This document shows, piece after piece, positions 20,413-30,368 of a stretch of 64,000 nucleotides of DNA (positions are counted from its first letter, which is position 1; each line of letters starts with the position of its first letter). The notes below the pieces were generated by a model. That model was given only the letters and a program-made list of their open reading frames with translations, did no database searches and had not been told where the DNA came from. Location of the stretch: the NCBI GenBank assembly GCA_030950485.1, contig JAUZRK010000010.1:2043-66042 (forward strand), in the 5' to 3' direction. This stretch comes from Candidatus Dojkabacteria bacterium. GTDB taxonomy: Bacteria; Patescibacteriota; Dojkabacteria; J137. The translations under genes and the position numbers were made by a program.

Positions 20413-21246
20413 ATGAATCATAAATTTAAAAAGCAATTTGGACAAAATTTTTTAAGATCAGCTAGATTTCCACAGATAATGGCTAACGCACTAAATCTAG
20501 AAGAAAGCGATCTTGTAATAGAAATAGGTCCAGGAGCAGGTATATTAACTGGTGTGTTATTACAAAGTGGTGCATATGTTAATTGTATTGAAGTAGATTA
20601 TGAACTGATACCAAACCTAATTAAGAGATTTGGAGAGGATAAAAAATTTAGTATCATTAACGAAGATATTCTTACTCTAAGATTAGAGGGACTGATAAAA
20701 CATAGAAGTTTAGAAGAAGGTAATGAAATAAATCTAAAAATAACAGGATCTCTTCCTTATAATATTTCAAAGGAAATAATTGCTAAGTTCATAAAAATAT
20801 TTATAGACTTAAAGAAAGAAAATCTATTAAATATAAAGTTAGATTCAATGTCTTTTATTTTACAAGATGAGGTAGCTAAGAGTTATTCTTCAAAACCTCC
20901 AAAAGCAAGCTTTTTAAGTAATTATATAAGACTATATACAGATGTGAAAAAATTAGAATCAATTCCAGCTTCTCAATTTTTCCCAAAACCAAAAGTTGAT
21001 GGAGGAATTCTTCTTGTAACATTTAAAGAGGATTTAATAGAGAATCACCAAGGTATTAAAAAGCTTATAAGAACAGGCTTTTCTTCACCAAGAAAGACTC
21101 TTTACAATAATCTGAAAAATTCTAATCAATACAATGCTGACACTATTATACAAGCCATTAATGATGTTGGTTTAAAAGAAAGCGTGAGATCTGCTGAATT
21201 AGAATTAGAACAATGGATTGGAATTTATAAGAGACTTACCGCCTAA
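20413..21246 (+). CDS. rsmA: 16S rRNA adenine dimethyltransferase RsmA/KsgA
   Basis: KKQFGQNFL, VIEIGPGAG, GSLPYNIS, F.PKPKVD, RKTL.NNL. Confidence 0.95.
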   Translation: MNHKFKKQFGQNFLRSARFPQIMANALNLEESDLVIEIGPGAGILTGVLLQSGAYVNCIEVDYELIPNLIKRFGEDKKFSIINEDILTLRLEGLIKHRSLEEGNEINLKITGSLPYNISKEIIAKFIKIFIDLKKENLLNIKLDSMSFILQDEVAKSYSSKPPKASFLSNYIRLYTDVKKLESIPASQFFPKPKVDGGILLVTFKEDLIENHQGIKKLIRTGFSSPRKTLYNNLKNSNQYNADTIIQAINDVGLKESVRSAELELEQWIGIYKRLTA

Positions 21247-21280
21247 CGAAATAAATAACAACTTTATATTTCTGATTTAT

Positions 21281-23038
21281 TTAGATTCTTAAACCTCCAA
21301 TTTTAAAAATTGGATTAAGATATCTTCTTAATAGCTTTAGTTCTTCTACTCTTAAAAGCTTACAAATCAAATAATAAATCATAAAGCCTGGTATTACTGT
21401 AACAGTTGTAAGAATGAATAAGTTTAATGATGTTGAACCTTTATACAAACTATCTGCAGACTCAGGAATATAAGTTATTACATTCCATGTTTTGAAAGTT
21501 AAATACATAAATACTAACATCCAACCTCCAGCAACTATTTTCTTTGATAAATCTGTAGCTAGTTTCTTGATTCCAATCTTAAATCTATTAAATAGAATCA
21601 GCATTATAATTAGTTCAATTGAGTAAACAAGACTCATAGCCATCGAAATACCAGCAACTCCAGCCCTACTTGGTTCATCAGCTCTGCTTAAGAAATTACT
21701 ATAATGCCAGTCTATTGTTGAAATAGCATAATTAGGGTTATGACTTAAAAGATTTGTAAATAAAATTGATAATCCAATTACACTTGTTAATGTAAAGATT
21801 GAAACAATTGATGGGAGAATAGTATTTTTAGATGCGTAAAATAGATTGAAAACAAACCATCTTGCTGTAATAAATATTAATCCAAACGAAAAGAATAATA
21901 AGATCCAAGCAACTTGATAAGTGTTATCAAGCGTAAAAGCAGTATTTGGGAAAATACCAAATACTAATCTAACAAGAGGCACTCTTAAAACCATTAATGT
22001 TATTACAAATGGAAGTGCTAAGAAAAATATTTCATTTAAAGTTTTATGAACAATTCTACGGATTTCCTTTTGATTACCTTCTATAAATAATCTAGAGAGA
22101 GTAGGGTATGATGCATAAGAGAAAGTATATCCAAATATTGATGGAATAACTAAATATAAAGATTTAGCAAAATTGAAAGATGCAGGGCCTCCTATAAAAG
22201 CTATTGCAATAAAGTTGTTAATTACTAATGCAATCTGGTCAGAGGCTAGTACTAGTATTCTTGGAAGTCCAAGTTTTAAAACTTCTTTTAAATTATTATC
22301 TTTAAAATCAATAATAGGGAGATACTTTATTTTTAGATTCTTAAACAAAGGTAATTGTACAAGTAAATGTAATAATGATCCAAGATATGCACCTAAAACA
22401 ATTACCCATGGACTGTAATCGAACAATGGTAAAAAACTTACAACTATAATAATCCTTCCAATATTATAAAAAAGTGGCGATAGTTGAGGCACTATGTATC
22501 TATCATAAATATTCAATCCACTAGAAACAAAGACACTTATACCTAAAAACAATTGCGGGAAAAGCAATGCCCTCATCATATTTGCAATATTATTTAATTC
22601 TGCTTGTGTAGGCGGGACATCCGGTTTTACTAAGTTAATTGCAGCAGGTACAAATTTACCAGCAAAGACTATTAGTAATGCACTTACAATTAAGAATATT
22701 ATTATTGTTGCGTTTAAGATTGAACTATAAACTCTATAAAATTGCTCTTTTCCATATTTTGACTTACTCGCAATAAGAACTGGTATAACAACAGTTCCCA
22801 GAGCTCCAGTCATTAAAACAGTGGTTAGAAGTTCCGGTATTGTATTTGCTATAAAGAATTGATTTAGTCTTGAATCTGTTGCTCCGTAGTACGAAGCTAA
22901 AAGTAGTGTAAAAAGTTGCCCTGTAATTTTCGTCAAGATAACAGGAAGCATTAGAATAAAAGCAGTTTCTAAAATATGCTTTTGCTCGCTTCCCAAAAGA
23001 TCAGTAATCTTTTTTATTCGTTTTTTTACAAGTGGCAT
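21281..23038 (-). CDS. murJ: Lipid II flippase MurJ (MviN family)
   Basis: Polytopic MOP fold; F.IA..IP, PL.YN.G.I, YPTLS, FYA.KNT..P motifs. Confidence 0.85.
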   Translation of the reverse strand: MPLVKKRIKKITDLLGSEQKHILETAFILMLPVILTKITGQLFTLLLASYYGATDSRLNQFFIANTIPELLTTVLMTGALGTVVIPVLIASKSKYGKEQFYRVYSSILNATIIIFLIVSALLIVFAGKFVPAAINLVKPDVPPTQAELNNIANMMRALLFPQLFLGISVFVSSGLNIYDRYIVPQLSPLFYNIGRIIIVVSFLPLFDYSPWVIVLGAYLGSLLHLLVQLPLFKNLKIKYLPIIDFKDNNLKEVLKLGLPRILVLASDQIALVINNFIAIAFIGGPASFNFAKSLYLVIPSIFGYTFSYASYPTLSRLFIEGNQKEIRRIVHKTLNEIFFLALPFVITLMVLRVPLVRLVFGIFPNTAFTLDNTYQVAWILLFFSFGLIFITARWFVFNLFYASKNTILPSIVSIFTLTSVIGLSILFTNLLSHNPNYAISTIDWHYSNFLSRADEPSRAGVAGISMAMSLVYSIELIIMLILFNRFKIGIKKLATDLSKKIVAGGWMLVFMYLTFKTWNVITYIPESADSLYKGSTSLNLFILTTVTVIPGFMIYYLICKLLRVEELKLLRRYLNPIFKIGGLRI

Positions 23039-23088
23039 TTATCTTTCGCGTACAAAATAATGTACATTAAATTACGATATAAGACAAT

Positions 23089-23131
23089 CCCCCTTATTTT
23101 CCCCTTTTTAAAAAGGGGAAATAGGGGGGGG
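23089..23131. terminator. C-run/G-run hairpin downstream of pnp
   Basis: CCCCC.TATTT.CCCCTTTT / AAAAGGGG.AATAGGGGG inverted repeat. Confidence 0.6.
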
Positions 23132-23146
23132 AAACCCTCAGACTAA

Positions 23147-25294
23147 TTAGTTCTTCTCAGGTTGATCAACTCCTTTCATAGTCATGCTTGTCTTTCCGTT
23201 CTCTACTTTTATTACTTTAACTCGAACTTGTTGTCCTTCTTTAAGTAATTCGCTTGCATCTTTTACAAACTTATCAGTGATTTCAGAAACATGTACTAAT
23301 CCAGAAATGTTCTTAGATACATCAACAAATGCTCCATAATTCATTACTTTATCTACAACTCCATCGTAAATATCTCCAACAACTGCTTTTTTAAACATTT
23401 CTTTAATGCTATCTTTAATAAAGTCCATTTGAACTCTACTTACGGAAGCTACTTGTACAATTCCGTCATCTGTAATGTTAATGTCTGCAGCGTCTTTACC
23501 ATATTCCTTAGATCTCTCTACAAGTTCTTTAATATTCTTTCCTCCAGGACCAATTAGTTCACCAATTTGATCTTGTTGGATTTGAATTGATTCTACTTTT
23601 GGTGCTGTTTCAGAAACTTCAGCTCTTGATTCACTAATAGTAGAATTCATTACCTCTAGAAGTTGTAATCTAGCTGTTTTAGCCTTTTTAAATGCTTCCT
23701 TTAGAATAGAAATTGGAACTCCTTGTAGTTTGTTTTCAAACTGAATAGCTGTAATACCATTCTTAGTTCCGCAAACTTTGAAATCCATGTCTCCATAGAA
23801 ATCTTCAATTCCTTCAATATCAGTAATCAATTTATAGTTAGATTCATTATCATCTTCTGTAACTAATCCGATTCCAATACCAGCAACTTGTTCTTTCATT
23901 GGAACTCCAGCAGCCATTAATGCCATGCTTGAAGCACAAGTAGCAGCCATAGATGTAGATCCATTTGAACTCATAATCTCAGACACTGTTCTTATAGTGT
24001 ATGGGAAATCTTCCTCTGATGGAATCATATTCATTAATGCATTCTCACCAATAGTTCCATGTCCAACTTCTCTTCTTCCTGGGTGATATCTAAATCGTCC
24101 AGCTTCTCCTGTAGAGTAAGGTGGGAAATTATAATGGTGCATGAATCTTTTAGTATCCTCTCCTTCCATATCATCAGACATTAGCTTATTACTTGCTGAT
24201 GCTAGAGTTACTATAGAAAGTGATTGAGTAATACCTCTCGAGAATAAAGCAGAACCATGAACAATAGGTAAAATGTCTATCTCAGATTTTAATTCTCTGA
24301 TTTCGTCTAGACCTCTTCCTGATATTCTTTTATCGCTTGCTATTATTTCTTTTCTTAAAGCATATCTAGCAGCGTAATCTACTGCAGCCTTAACATCATC
24401 AAATTTAACTTCCTCTTCTGCAGCCTTCATTTCATCATAAAGTGAAGCAGCTAATTCATTCAATTTGTTTCCTCTGTTGTTTGTAACTGCACTGTCTGTT
24501 GAGAACATTATTTCATGAATCTCACTTTCAAATTTAGCCTTAACTCTGTCGATTAATTCAACAGGAGCTGGTTTATTATTAAAATCATTAGGATCCAAGT
24601 CTAAAGCAATATCTACTTTTTCAATAAAAGTTTTTTGCTGAGCATTTAAGTTTTTAATTAACTCATTAGCTTTATCTAAGACTTCTTCCATTTTTGTTTC
24701 TGGTACTTCAATTCCCCAACCTTCAAAACTTAAAGGTCGATCATCTACTCCAGTAACAATAAATTCTCCTAGATAAGATTCTCTTTCTTCTTTAGAAGGA
24801 TTTAATACGATATTCATATCGCTATCAATACCAACAATTGCACTAGAGCAAGGTCCCGCAAAAGGAACTCCTGCTTGCATTATTGCTAAAGATGATCCTA
24901 GTACAGTTAACGCTTGTGGATCATTAATTCCATCGTAACTTAATACAGTTAGAATTACATTTACTAGTTTTTTAAAACTTTTTGGAAAAAGAGATCTAAT
25001 AGAGTGATCTACTTCTCTAGCTTTAATTGTAGCTTCGTCTGAAGGTAGACCTTCTCTCTTTCTAAATCTAGATCCAGAAATTTTTCCACTCGCGTACATT
25101 TTTTCAATATACTCAACTGTAAGAGGGAAATAATCTAAATCTGTATCTCTACTATCAACAGTCACTGCTGCAAATAATGTAGTACCTCCCATCGTAAGCG
25201 TAATTGCTCCGTGAGATAACGCAGCGATCTTTCCAGTCTCGATCACTACTTCTTTACCATTCAAATCGAATGATTCTTTAACGTGTTTACTCAT
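23147..25294 (-). CDS. pnp: Polyribonucleotide nucleotidyltransferase (PNPase)
   Basis: YFPLTVEY.EK.YA.GKI, HYNFPPYSTGE, SNGSTSMA, GDMDFKV.GT, KH and S1 domains. Confidence 0.97.
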   Translation of the reverse strand: MSKHVKESFDLNGKEVVIETGKIAALSHGAITLTMGGTTLFAAVTVDSRDTDLDYFPLTVEYIEKMYASGKISGSRFRKREGLPSDEATIKAREVDHSIRSLFPKSFKKLVNVILTVLSYDGINDPQALTVLGSSLAIMQAGVPFAGPCSSAIVGIDSDMNIVLNPSKEERESYLGEFIVTGVDDRPLSFEGWGIEVPETKMEEVLDKANELIKNLNAQQKTFIEKVDIALDLDPNDFNNKPAPVELIDRVKAKFESEIHEIMFSTDSAVTNNRGNKLNELAASLYDEMKAAEEEVKFDDVKAAVDYAARYALRKEIIASDKRISGRGLDEIRELKSEIDILPIVHGSALFSRGITQSLSIVTLASASNKLMSDDMEGEDTKRFMHHYNFPPYSTGEAGRFRYHPGRREVGHGTIGENALMNMIPSEEDFPYTIRTVSEIMSSNGSTSMAATCASSMALMAAGVPMKEQVAGIGIGLVTEDDNESNYKLITDIEGIEDFYGDMDFKVCGTKNGITAIQFENKLQGVPISILKEAFKKAKTARLQLLEVMNSTISESRAEVSETAPKVESIQIQQDQIGELIGPGGKNIKELVERSKEYGKDAADINITDDGIVQVASVSRVQMDFIKDSIKEMFKKAVVGDIYDGVVDKVMNYGAFVDVSKNISGLVHVSEITDKFVKDASELLKEGQQVRVKVIKVENGKTSMTMKGVDQPEKN

Positions 25295-25299
25295 TTATT

Positions 25300-25485
25300 A
25301 TGAATAAAAAATAAAATAGACTCCACATGATGTGGATCTGTTAGTACCACTAATTTAAATTAGCGGCAGAAATTTCTTTATATTGGAAAAATATTAGCAG
25401 TTTGCTATCTGCTTTACTTATGAAAGCAATAAACAGCTAACAACCAACATTTGTCCAATATTTTTTAACTAACAGTCTAATTATA
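25300..25485 (-). promoter_or_regulatory. pnp -10 box (TATAAT at 25480-25485) and structured ~180-nt 5' leader
   Basis: Long stem pairing 25381-25392 with 25449-25460 with nested arms, plus two smaller hairpins at 25322-25365. Confidence 0.5.
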
Positions 25486-25496
25486 TGCCGAAAAGG

Positions 25497-25730
25497 GAAA
25501 AAAGTAAAAAGTTAAAAGTCAAAACTCAAAAGCAAAAAGTAAAATATAAACTCAAAAGTAAAAAGTCAAAACAAAGTGCAGTATCGAGTGTTTTTCGAGA
25601 GGAACGAGAAAAATGTATCGAGATGCGGGAAATGTAAAACCCAAAGCAAAAAGGCAAAAGTAAAAATAAAAACTCAAAAGTCAAAAGCAAAAATGCAGAA
25701 AGTAAAAAATAAAAAGTAAAATTAAAGCAA
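25497..25730. repeat. A-rich heptamer tandem repeat array interrupted by an R1 palindrome
   Basis: Many AAAAGTA/AAAAGTC/AAAACTC/AAAAGCA units. Confidence 0.8.
25576..25623. repeat. Repeat family R1 (GTGCAGTnTCGAGTG...TGTATCGAGA)
   Basis: Matches the reverse complement of 39241-39290 and 39677-39717 at both ends, with a variable internal hairpin. Confidence 0.75.
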
Positions 25731-25748
25731 AGTGTGGTTGGAAATTAA

Positions 25749-26531
25749 TTAAATCAGCTTACTTATAGCTTCAGCTAATTTAATACTGTCATGTCTGATT
25801 AAGCTTCTTTTCAAAATATCTCCCTTTGCGGTTTAAATCTCGTCAGTTGCGAGTAAATCCTTTTTAATAATCCTATAATCCTTACCCATATCATGGACCA
25901 CCGCTTCAGCATTTTCTAGTTTATATTTTTCTAGTGTTCTTTTTGGAAGATTCTTACTATTAAACAGTATGTAGTCAACTTTTTGATCTAAATATCTTTC
26001 TATTTCATTTACATGATCAGAAAGCTTGAATTTATAAGTTTGACCAAATTTTGTCACTAGATTCGATACATAAACAATTTTTGCCTTTGATTTTTTAATT
26101 TGACTTGGAATTTTATTAATTACTAGATTTACTAGGGTACTAGTGTATAAATCACCTGGACCTAATACTATTAAGCCTGAATCATCAATTACTTCATGTA
26201 CATTTTTATGACTGGATACTTTTGGCTCAACATATAATTTTTCAATTCTCAATCTTCCATCATGAGGAAAAGCAGGTTCGTCGGTATTTTTTTCTTCTTT
26301 TAAAATTTCACCATTTTCGTATTCAGCAACTAAATGACATTTCTCTAATGTTATAGGATAGACTTTTCCTTTTATATTGAATAATTTATGCATTATCTCA
26401 ATTGCCTCTAGCTCTCCATTCGCAATATCAATAAGGGCAGTTAAGAAAAGATTCCCTAAGCTATGACCTTTTAAACCAGTAAGTACTGTAAATGATCCAG
26501 TACCACCTCCAATTACTGTAATATTTTTCAT
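25749..26531 (-). pseudogene. yvcK: YvcK/CofD-family (gluconeogenesis factor) pseudogene
   Basis: IGGGTG, GHSLGNL, LGPGDLYTS; lacks the DDGGS segment; in-frame TAA at 25833 before ...RSLIRHDSIKLA. Confidence 0.8.
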
Positions 26532-26633
26532 TCAAATATATTCTACCAGTGAAAGCTTAACTTCGTAGCTTTTTACATTAATTTTATGGATTCTACTATG
26601 ATATAATTATTTAGTAACTAATAAATAGAAAAT

Positions 26634-27113
26634 ATGTCAAATAATATTAAAGAAATTAATAAATTTATGAGAGATAAAAACTCAGTAACAATTGCTGCAA
26701 CACTATCTTTAGCAGCATTATCAGTACATTTTTTATTTGTAGGTTTTTTCCAATTTAACTTAATTGGAGAAGTTCTTGCATTTAGCTCATATACTTTATA
26801 CAGAATGCTTTCAGTGTTGTTAGCTATTTTTCTTGGAGTCATTGCCTATTCTTTATATTCGCAAAATCAAAGATTAGTTAACGAGGCGTTAAAGAAAATG
26901 AAAGAAAAGGTTGTTGAAGAGGCAAGAGATATTGCAGATAAGGTTGAGGACGCATTAGACGGAGATGACGAAACTGAAGTTAAAAATGATTCAGAAAATA
27001 CAAAAACTACAAGTACAGCCGTAGAGGGAGAGGTAGTTGATAAACCTGTAAAGGAGAGTAGTGATGCTAGTAAAGAGAAAAGCAAAGCTAGTGACAAAAA
27101 ATCTGCGAAATAA
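26634..27113 (+). CDS. Two-TM membrane protein with a charged tail
   Basis: Two hydrophobic segments; extended -10 upstream. Confidence 0.65.
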   Translation: MSNNIKEINKFMRDKNSVTIAATLSLAALSVHFLFVGFFQFNLIGEVLAFSSYTLYRMLSVLLAIFLGVIAYSLYSQNQRLVNEALKKMKEKVVEEARDIADKVEDALDGDDETEVKNDSENTKTTSTAVEGEVVDKPVKESSDASKEKSKASDKKSAK

Positions 27114-27120
27114 AAATAAT

Positions 27121-27147
27121 AGGAGCAGGGTACAACCCGGCTCCTGC
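27121..27147. repeat. Palindrome GGAGCAGGGTACAACCCGGCTCC (terminator or REP-like, family R4)
   Basis: Inverted repeat; related copy at 39088-39110. Confidence 0.55.
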
Positions 27148-27255
27148 ATCATAGGCGAGAATCGCAATTCTAGCCTTTATTTTTACATACCCCTATCTAA
27201 ATAGCACAAACTTTAACTATTTTTCTGAAAACCCTTAACCCATAACTCTAAACTC

Positions 27256-29043
27256 TCAATACCCTAGCTTCTTAGCTAATTTCTCAGTTCTATTTAAAAG
27301 TTCTTCAACCTCATCTAATCCATCATTCCAAACCTTTGCACTACTTACATTAATTCCAAGATCTTTAAATAAATCTTTAGGTGATTTAGAACTTCCAGCT
27401 GATAAAAATGTTTTCATCTTTTCAATATTCTTAGGATCTTTTTTAACTTCTTTTTGTAAAGCTTTTGACGCTAATAGTCCAAAAGCATATGAATATACAT
27501 AAAAGTACTGTCTAATATGACTCCAATAAACCCACCAATTCTGAGATCCATCAGATTTTTCAACAGATGAACCCATATATGCGCTCATGTTCTTACTAAA
27601 TAACTCTCCAAATCTTTCTTTAGAAACGTAACCTATACTTCTGAATTCATTATGTATATCTTTTTCAAAGTTATAACAAGCTACTTGTCTTATTATTGTA
27701 GATATATCATCATTTAATTTCTTTGTCATAATTGAGAGTTGTTCTTCTTCAGTTGCATCTTGAAGAACCTCCTCCAGAACAAAATCTTCAAAAAAGGTAC
27801 TAGCAGTTTCTGCCGTAGCCATAGGAAAGTCATTATTTAGTTCATCCTGATTCTCTTTACTTAATACAAAGTGAAATGCATGACCGAATTCATGAGCTAG
27901 AGTTAGTACATTATTAAGATTATCGCTATGGTTTAAGAATACGTAAACGGGTGTTTTCTTAGTATAATAAGAACAAAATGCACCAGATCTTTTACCTTTC
28001 TTAGAGAAAACATCTACTTGTCCATTATCGTGAAATTCTTTAAATATAGAAGAAAATTTAGGATCTAGCTTTTCAAAAGTTTTATAGACTAAGTCGTAAG
28101 CATCTTTATATTTATATTCTTTTACAACTTTCCCAACTTCTACATTTTTCTCATGGTATTCAAGCTTCTTTTGCTTTAATAATCTTGCTTTTAGCTTATA
28201 GTATCTTTTTGCAATATCAAACCTATTAGTTACAGTTTCTACTAAAATATCTACACTTTTTGTTTCTACATCATCACTAATATGTCTAGATTCATCAGCT
28301 CTTTTATAACCTCTTATCTCATCATTAATTCTTTTGTTTTCTAAAACAGAATTAAGCTCATGCTCTGCGACATCAAGATGTTTTTCAAATATTTCATTTA
28401 AAGCAAGGCTTGCCTTATCTCTTACTTTTTTATTAGGGTCACTTATCAATTCCATTACTTCTGAAAAGTTCTTGACTGCCTTTTTTCCATTTTTGTCTAA
28501 GATCTCTTTTTCTTCCTTTGCAAGTAATCCTGAAAGCATATCAACCCAATTTCCTTTAGAGACTTTACTTTTCATATTCATTATTCTTTCCTCTTTATCA
28601 GAAAGAGTATATTTACCGCTTAAAAACAATTGCTCAAGAAAATGTTTATATTCAGAGAGCCCGCTACTGGCTAGCATCTTTTTTTGAACATCTTTCTCGA
28701 TTTTCGAAAGTTGAAGTGTGAAGAATTGAGTTTCATTATATAAAGCTACAACTTTTTGATGAATAATGTTGCTAGCAGCTTTGATTTTAGGATCATTTAA
28801 ATCTAATGAGCTGCTTAAACCGTAATAGTATGATTCATCTGAATAAATTCCGAAATTAGTAGCCCAATAAGAATAATCATCTAAAGCCTCCTTTAAAACT
28901 TTAGGATCATTTAGATAAGCTTCATTATTTAACCATTTTTTTATAAAAGCTTTAGTTTTCTTTTCTACTTCTTTTCTATATTTTTCTGGACTAGCGATTG
29001 TTTCTTTATCTAATATCAAGTTTAAGTTCCATTTAGTTTTCAT
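27256..29043 (-). CDS. pepF: M3 family oligoendopeptidase F
   Basis: WNL N-terminus, GKRSGAFC, TLAHEFGHAFH, AETASTF.E, FYVYSYAFG. Confidence 0.92.
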   Translation of the reverse strand: MKTKWNLNLILDKETIASPEKYRKEVEKKTKAFIKKWLNNEAYLNDPKVLKEALDDYSYWATNFGIYSDESYYYGLSSSLDLNDPKIKAASNIIHQKVVALYNETQFFTLQLSKIEKDVQKKMLASSGLSEYKHFLEQLFLSGKYTLSDKEERIMNMKSKVSKGNWVDMLSGLLAKEEKEILDKNGKKAVKNFSEVMELISDPNKKVRDKASLALNEIFEKHLDVAEHELNSVLENKRINDEIRGYKRADESRHISDDVETKSVDILVETVTNRFDIAKRYYKLKARLLKQKKLEYHEKNVEVGKVVKEYKYKDAYDLVYKTFEKLDPKFSSIFKEFHDNGQVDVFSKKGKRSGAFCSYYTKKTPVYVFLNHSDNLNNVLTLAHEFGHAFHFVLSKENQDELNNDFPMATAETASTFFEDFVLEEVLQDATEEEQLSIMTKKLNDDISTIIRQVACYNFEKDIHNEFRSIGYVSKERFGELFSKNMSAYMGSSVEKSDGSQNWWVYWSHIRQYFYVYSYAFGLLASKALQKEVKKDPKNIEKMKTFLSAGSSKSPKDLFKDLGINVSSAKVWNDGLDEVEELLNRTEKLAKKLGY

Positions 29044-29275
29044 AGTATTCGAGAGGAGTTAATTAATATCATTTTTATTTTAGCAGAATGTTTAATAATT
29101 TTAGAATTCTTGAGTTTATCTGAATTGACGCATTAATATTTTTAGGCTATGATTTTATAAATGAGAAAAATAAACAAATCTACAAACACTTGTTGTTCTA
29201 ACCAAAAATAATATTTGGGTAGATTTATTCATTTAATTTAAATTATTGCAATCTCCCAAAAGGGAGATTTTTTTT

Positions 29276-30088
29276 ATGTATTTACTAATAGCAGCAACAA
29301 TTCTCTTATTTCCAATAATTCTCTATGTATATTGGATAATTAAGTATCATGAATCATTAGATGTATACAAATACTTAGGTAAAAGTAAAGAAACTGAAAT
29401 AAAAATTTTGATTATCTATCCTCATCCAGACGATGAATCAGCATTCTCTGGGGGATTGATAAGCCAGCTTTCCAAAAAGGATAATATTGATGTTACTGTT
29501 GCTAGTATTACTCATGGGGAAAAAGGAGATGAGTTTGTAAAAATTCCTGGTTATAAACTAGCTTTAGTAAGAAAGAGAGAGTATTTAAAGGCATTAAATA
29601 AATTAGGACCTGTTGAGAGTTTAATTTGGCATTTTAAAGATGGTGAAGTATCTGATTACGAGGAAGACATTAAAGAGCAGCTTAAAGATTATATTGTTAC
29701 TAATAACTTTGAATTAGTTGTAACTTACGAGAAGAATGGACCTTACCCTCATCCAGATCATATGAGCTTATCAAGAATTATTCATGAACTTAGTAATGAA
29801 TTGAAATCATTTAAACCGCTATACTCAACAATACCAGTAAAGATTTATAAATTAGCAAATATGCCTAATGAACTGCATTTTGGAGATAAAATAATTAGTC
29901 TTGAAAAGGCAAATCCTGCTAATGCTAAGTATAAACTTTCTATCTATAAAGATTTAGTAAGTAAGTATAAAGCATTAAGTTCATACAAATCTCAAAATAT
30001 AAAGAGAGGAATGCCATTATGGTTTAAAATACTCTTAATGCCTTATGAGTATTATACGGATGAGTGGGAGAAAATAAGGCAAAAGTAA
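29276..30088 (+). CDS. PIG-L family deacetylase with an N-terminal TM
   Basis: PHPDDE, T.GE.G, R..E, HPDH, Y.SQ motifs. Confidence 0.88.
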   Translation: MYLLIAATILLFPIILYVYWIIKYHESLDVYKYLGKSKETEIKILIIYPHPDDESAFSGGLISQLSKKDNIDVTVASITHGEKGDEFVKIPGYKLALVRKREYLKALNKLGPVESLIWHFKDGEVSDYEEDIKEQLKDYIVTNNFELVVTYEKNGPYPHPDHMSLSRIIHELSNELKSFKPLYSTIPVKIYKLANMPNELHFGDKIISLEKANPANAKYKLSIYKDLVSKYKALSSYKSQNIKRGMPLWFKILLMPYEYYTDEWEKIRQK

Positions 30089-30360
30089 GAAGTAAGTTTT
30101 AAGTTTTAAGACTAAAGGCAAAAGATAAAAAATATAAGAAGAATAAGTAAGAGAAAGTTGAGATGTTAAATGGAAGTGTATATTTAAATCCCCCCTCTCG
30201 AGAGGGGGTAGGGGGAGTGACTTAGCTAAAGTCTAAAATAAAAAATAAAAAGTAATAAACAAAAATGCAAATTGAAAAAAAATAAAGAGGCAGAAGATAA
30301 AAGCAAGGAGTCAAATTAGTGTAATTTTAGTTTTGACCTTTTACTTTTAACTTTTAACTT
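30088..30360. repeat. Intergenic mosaic: heptamer repeats on both strands around a CCCCCCTCTCGAGAGGGGG palindrome (30190-30220)
   Basis: A-rich 7-mers followed by TTTTGAC/TTTTAAC 7-mers just before the cysS ATG. Confidence 0.65.
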
Positions 30361-30368
30361 AATTAAAA

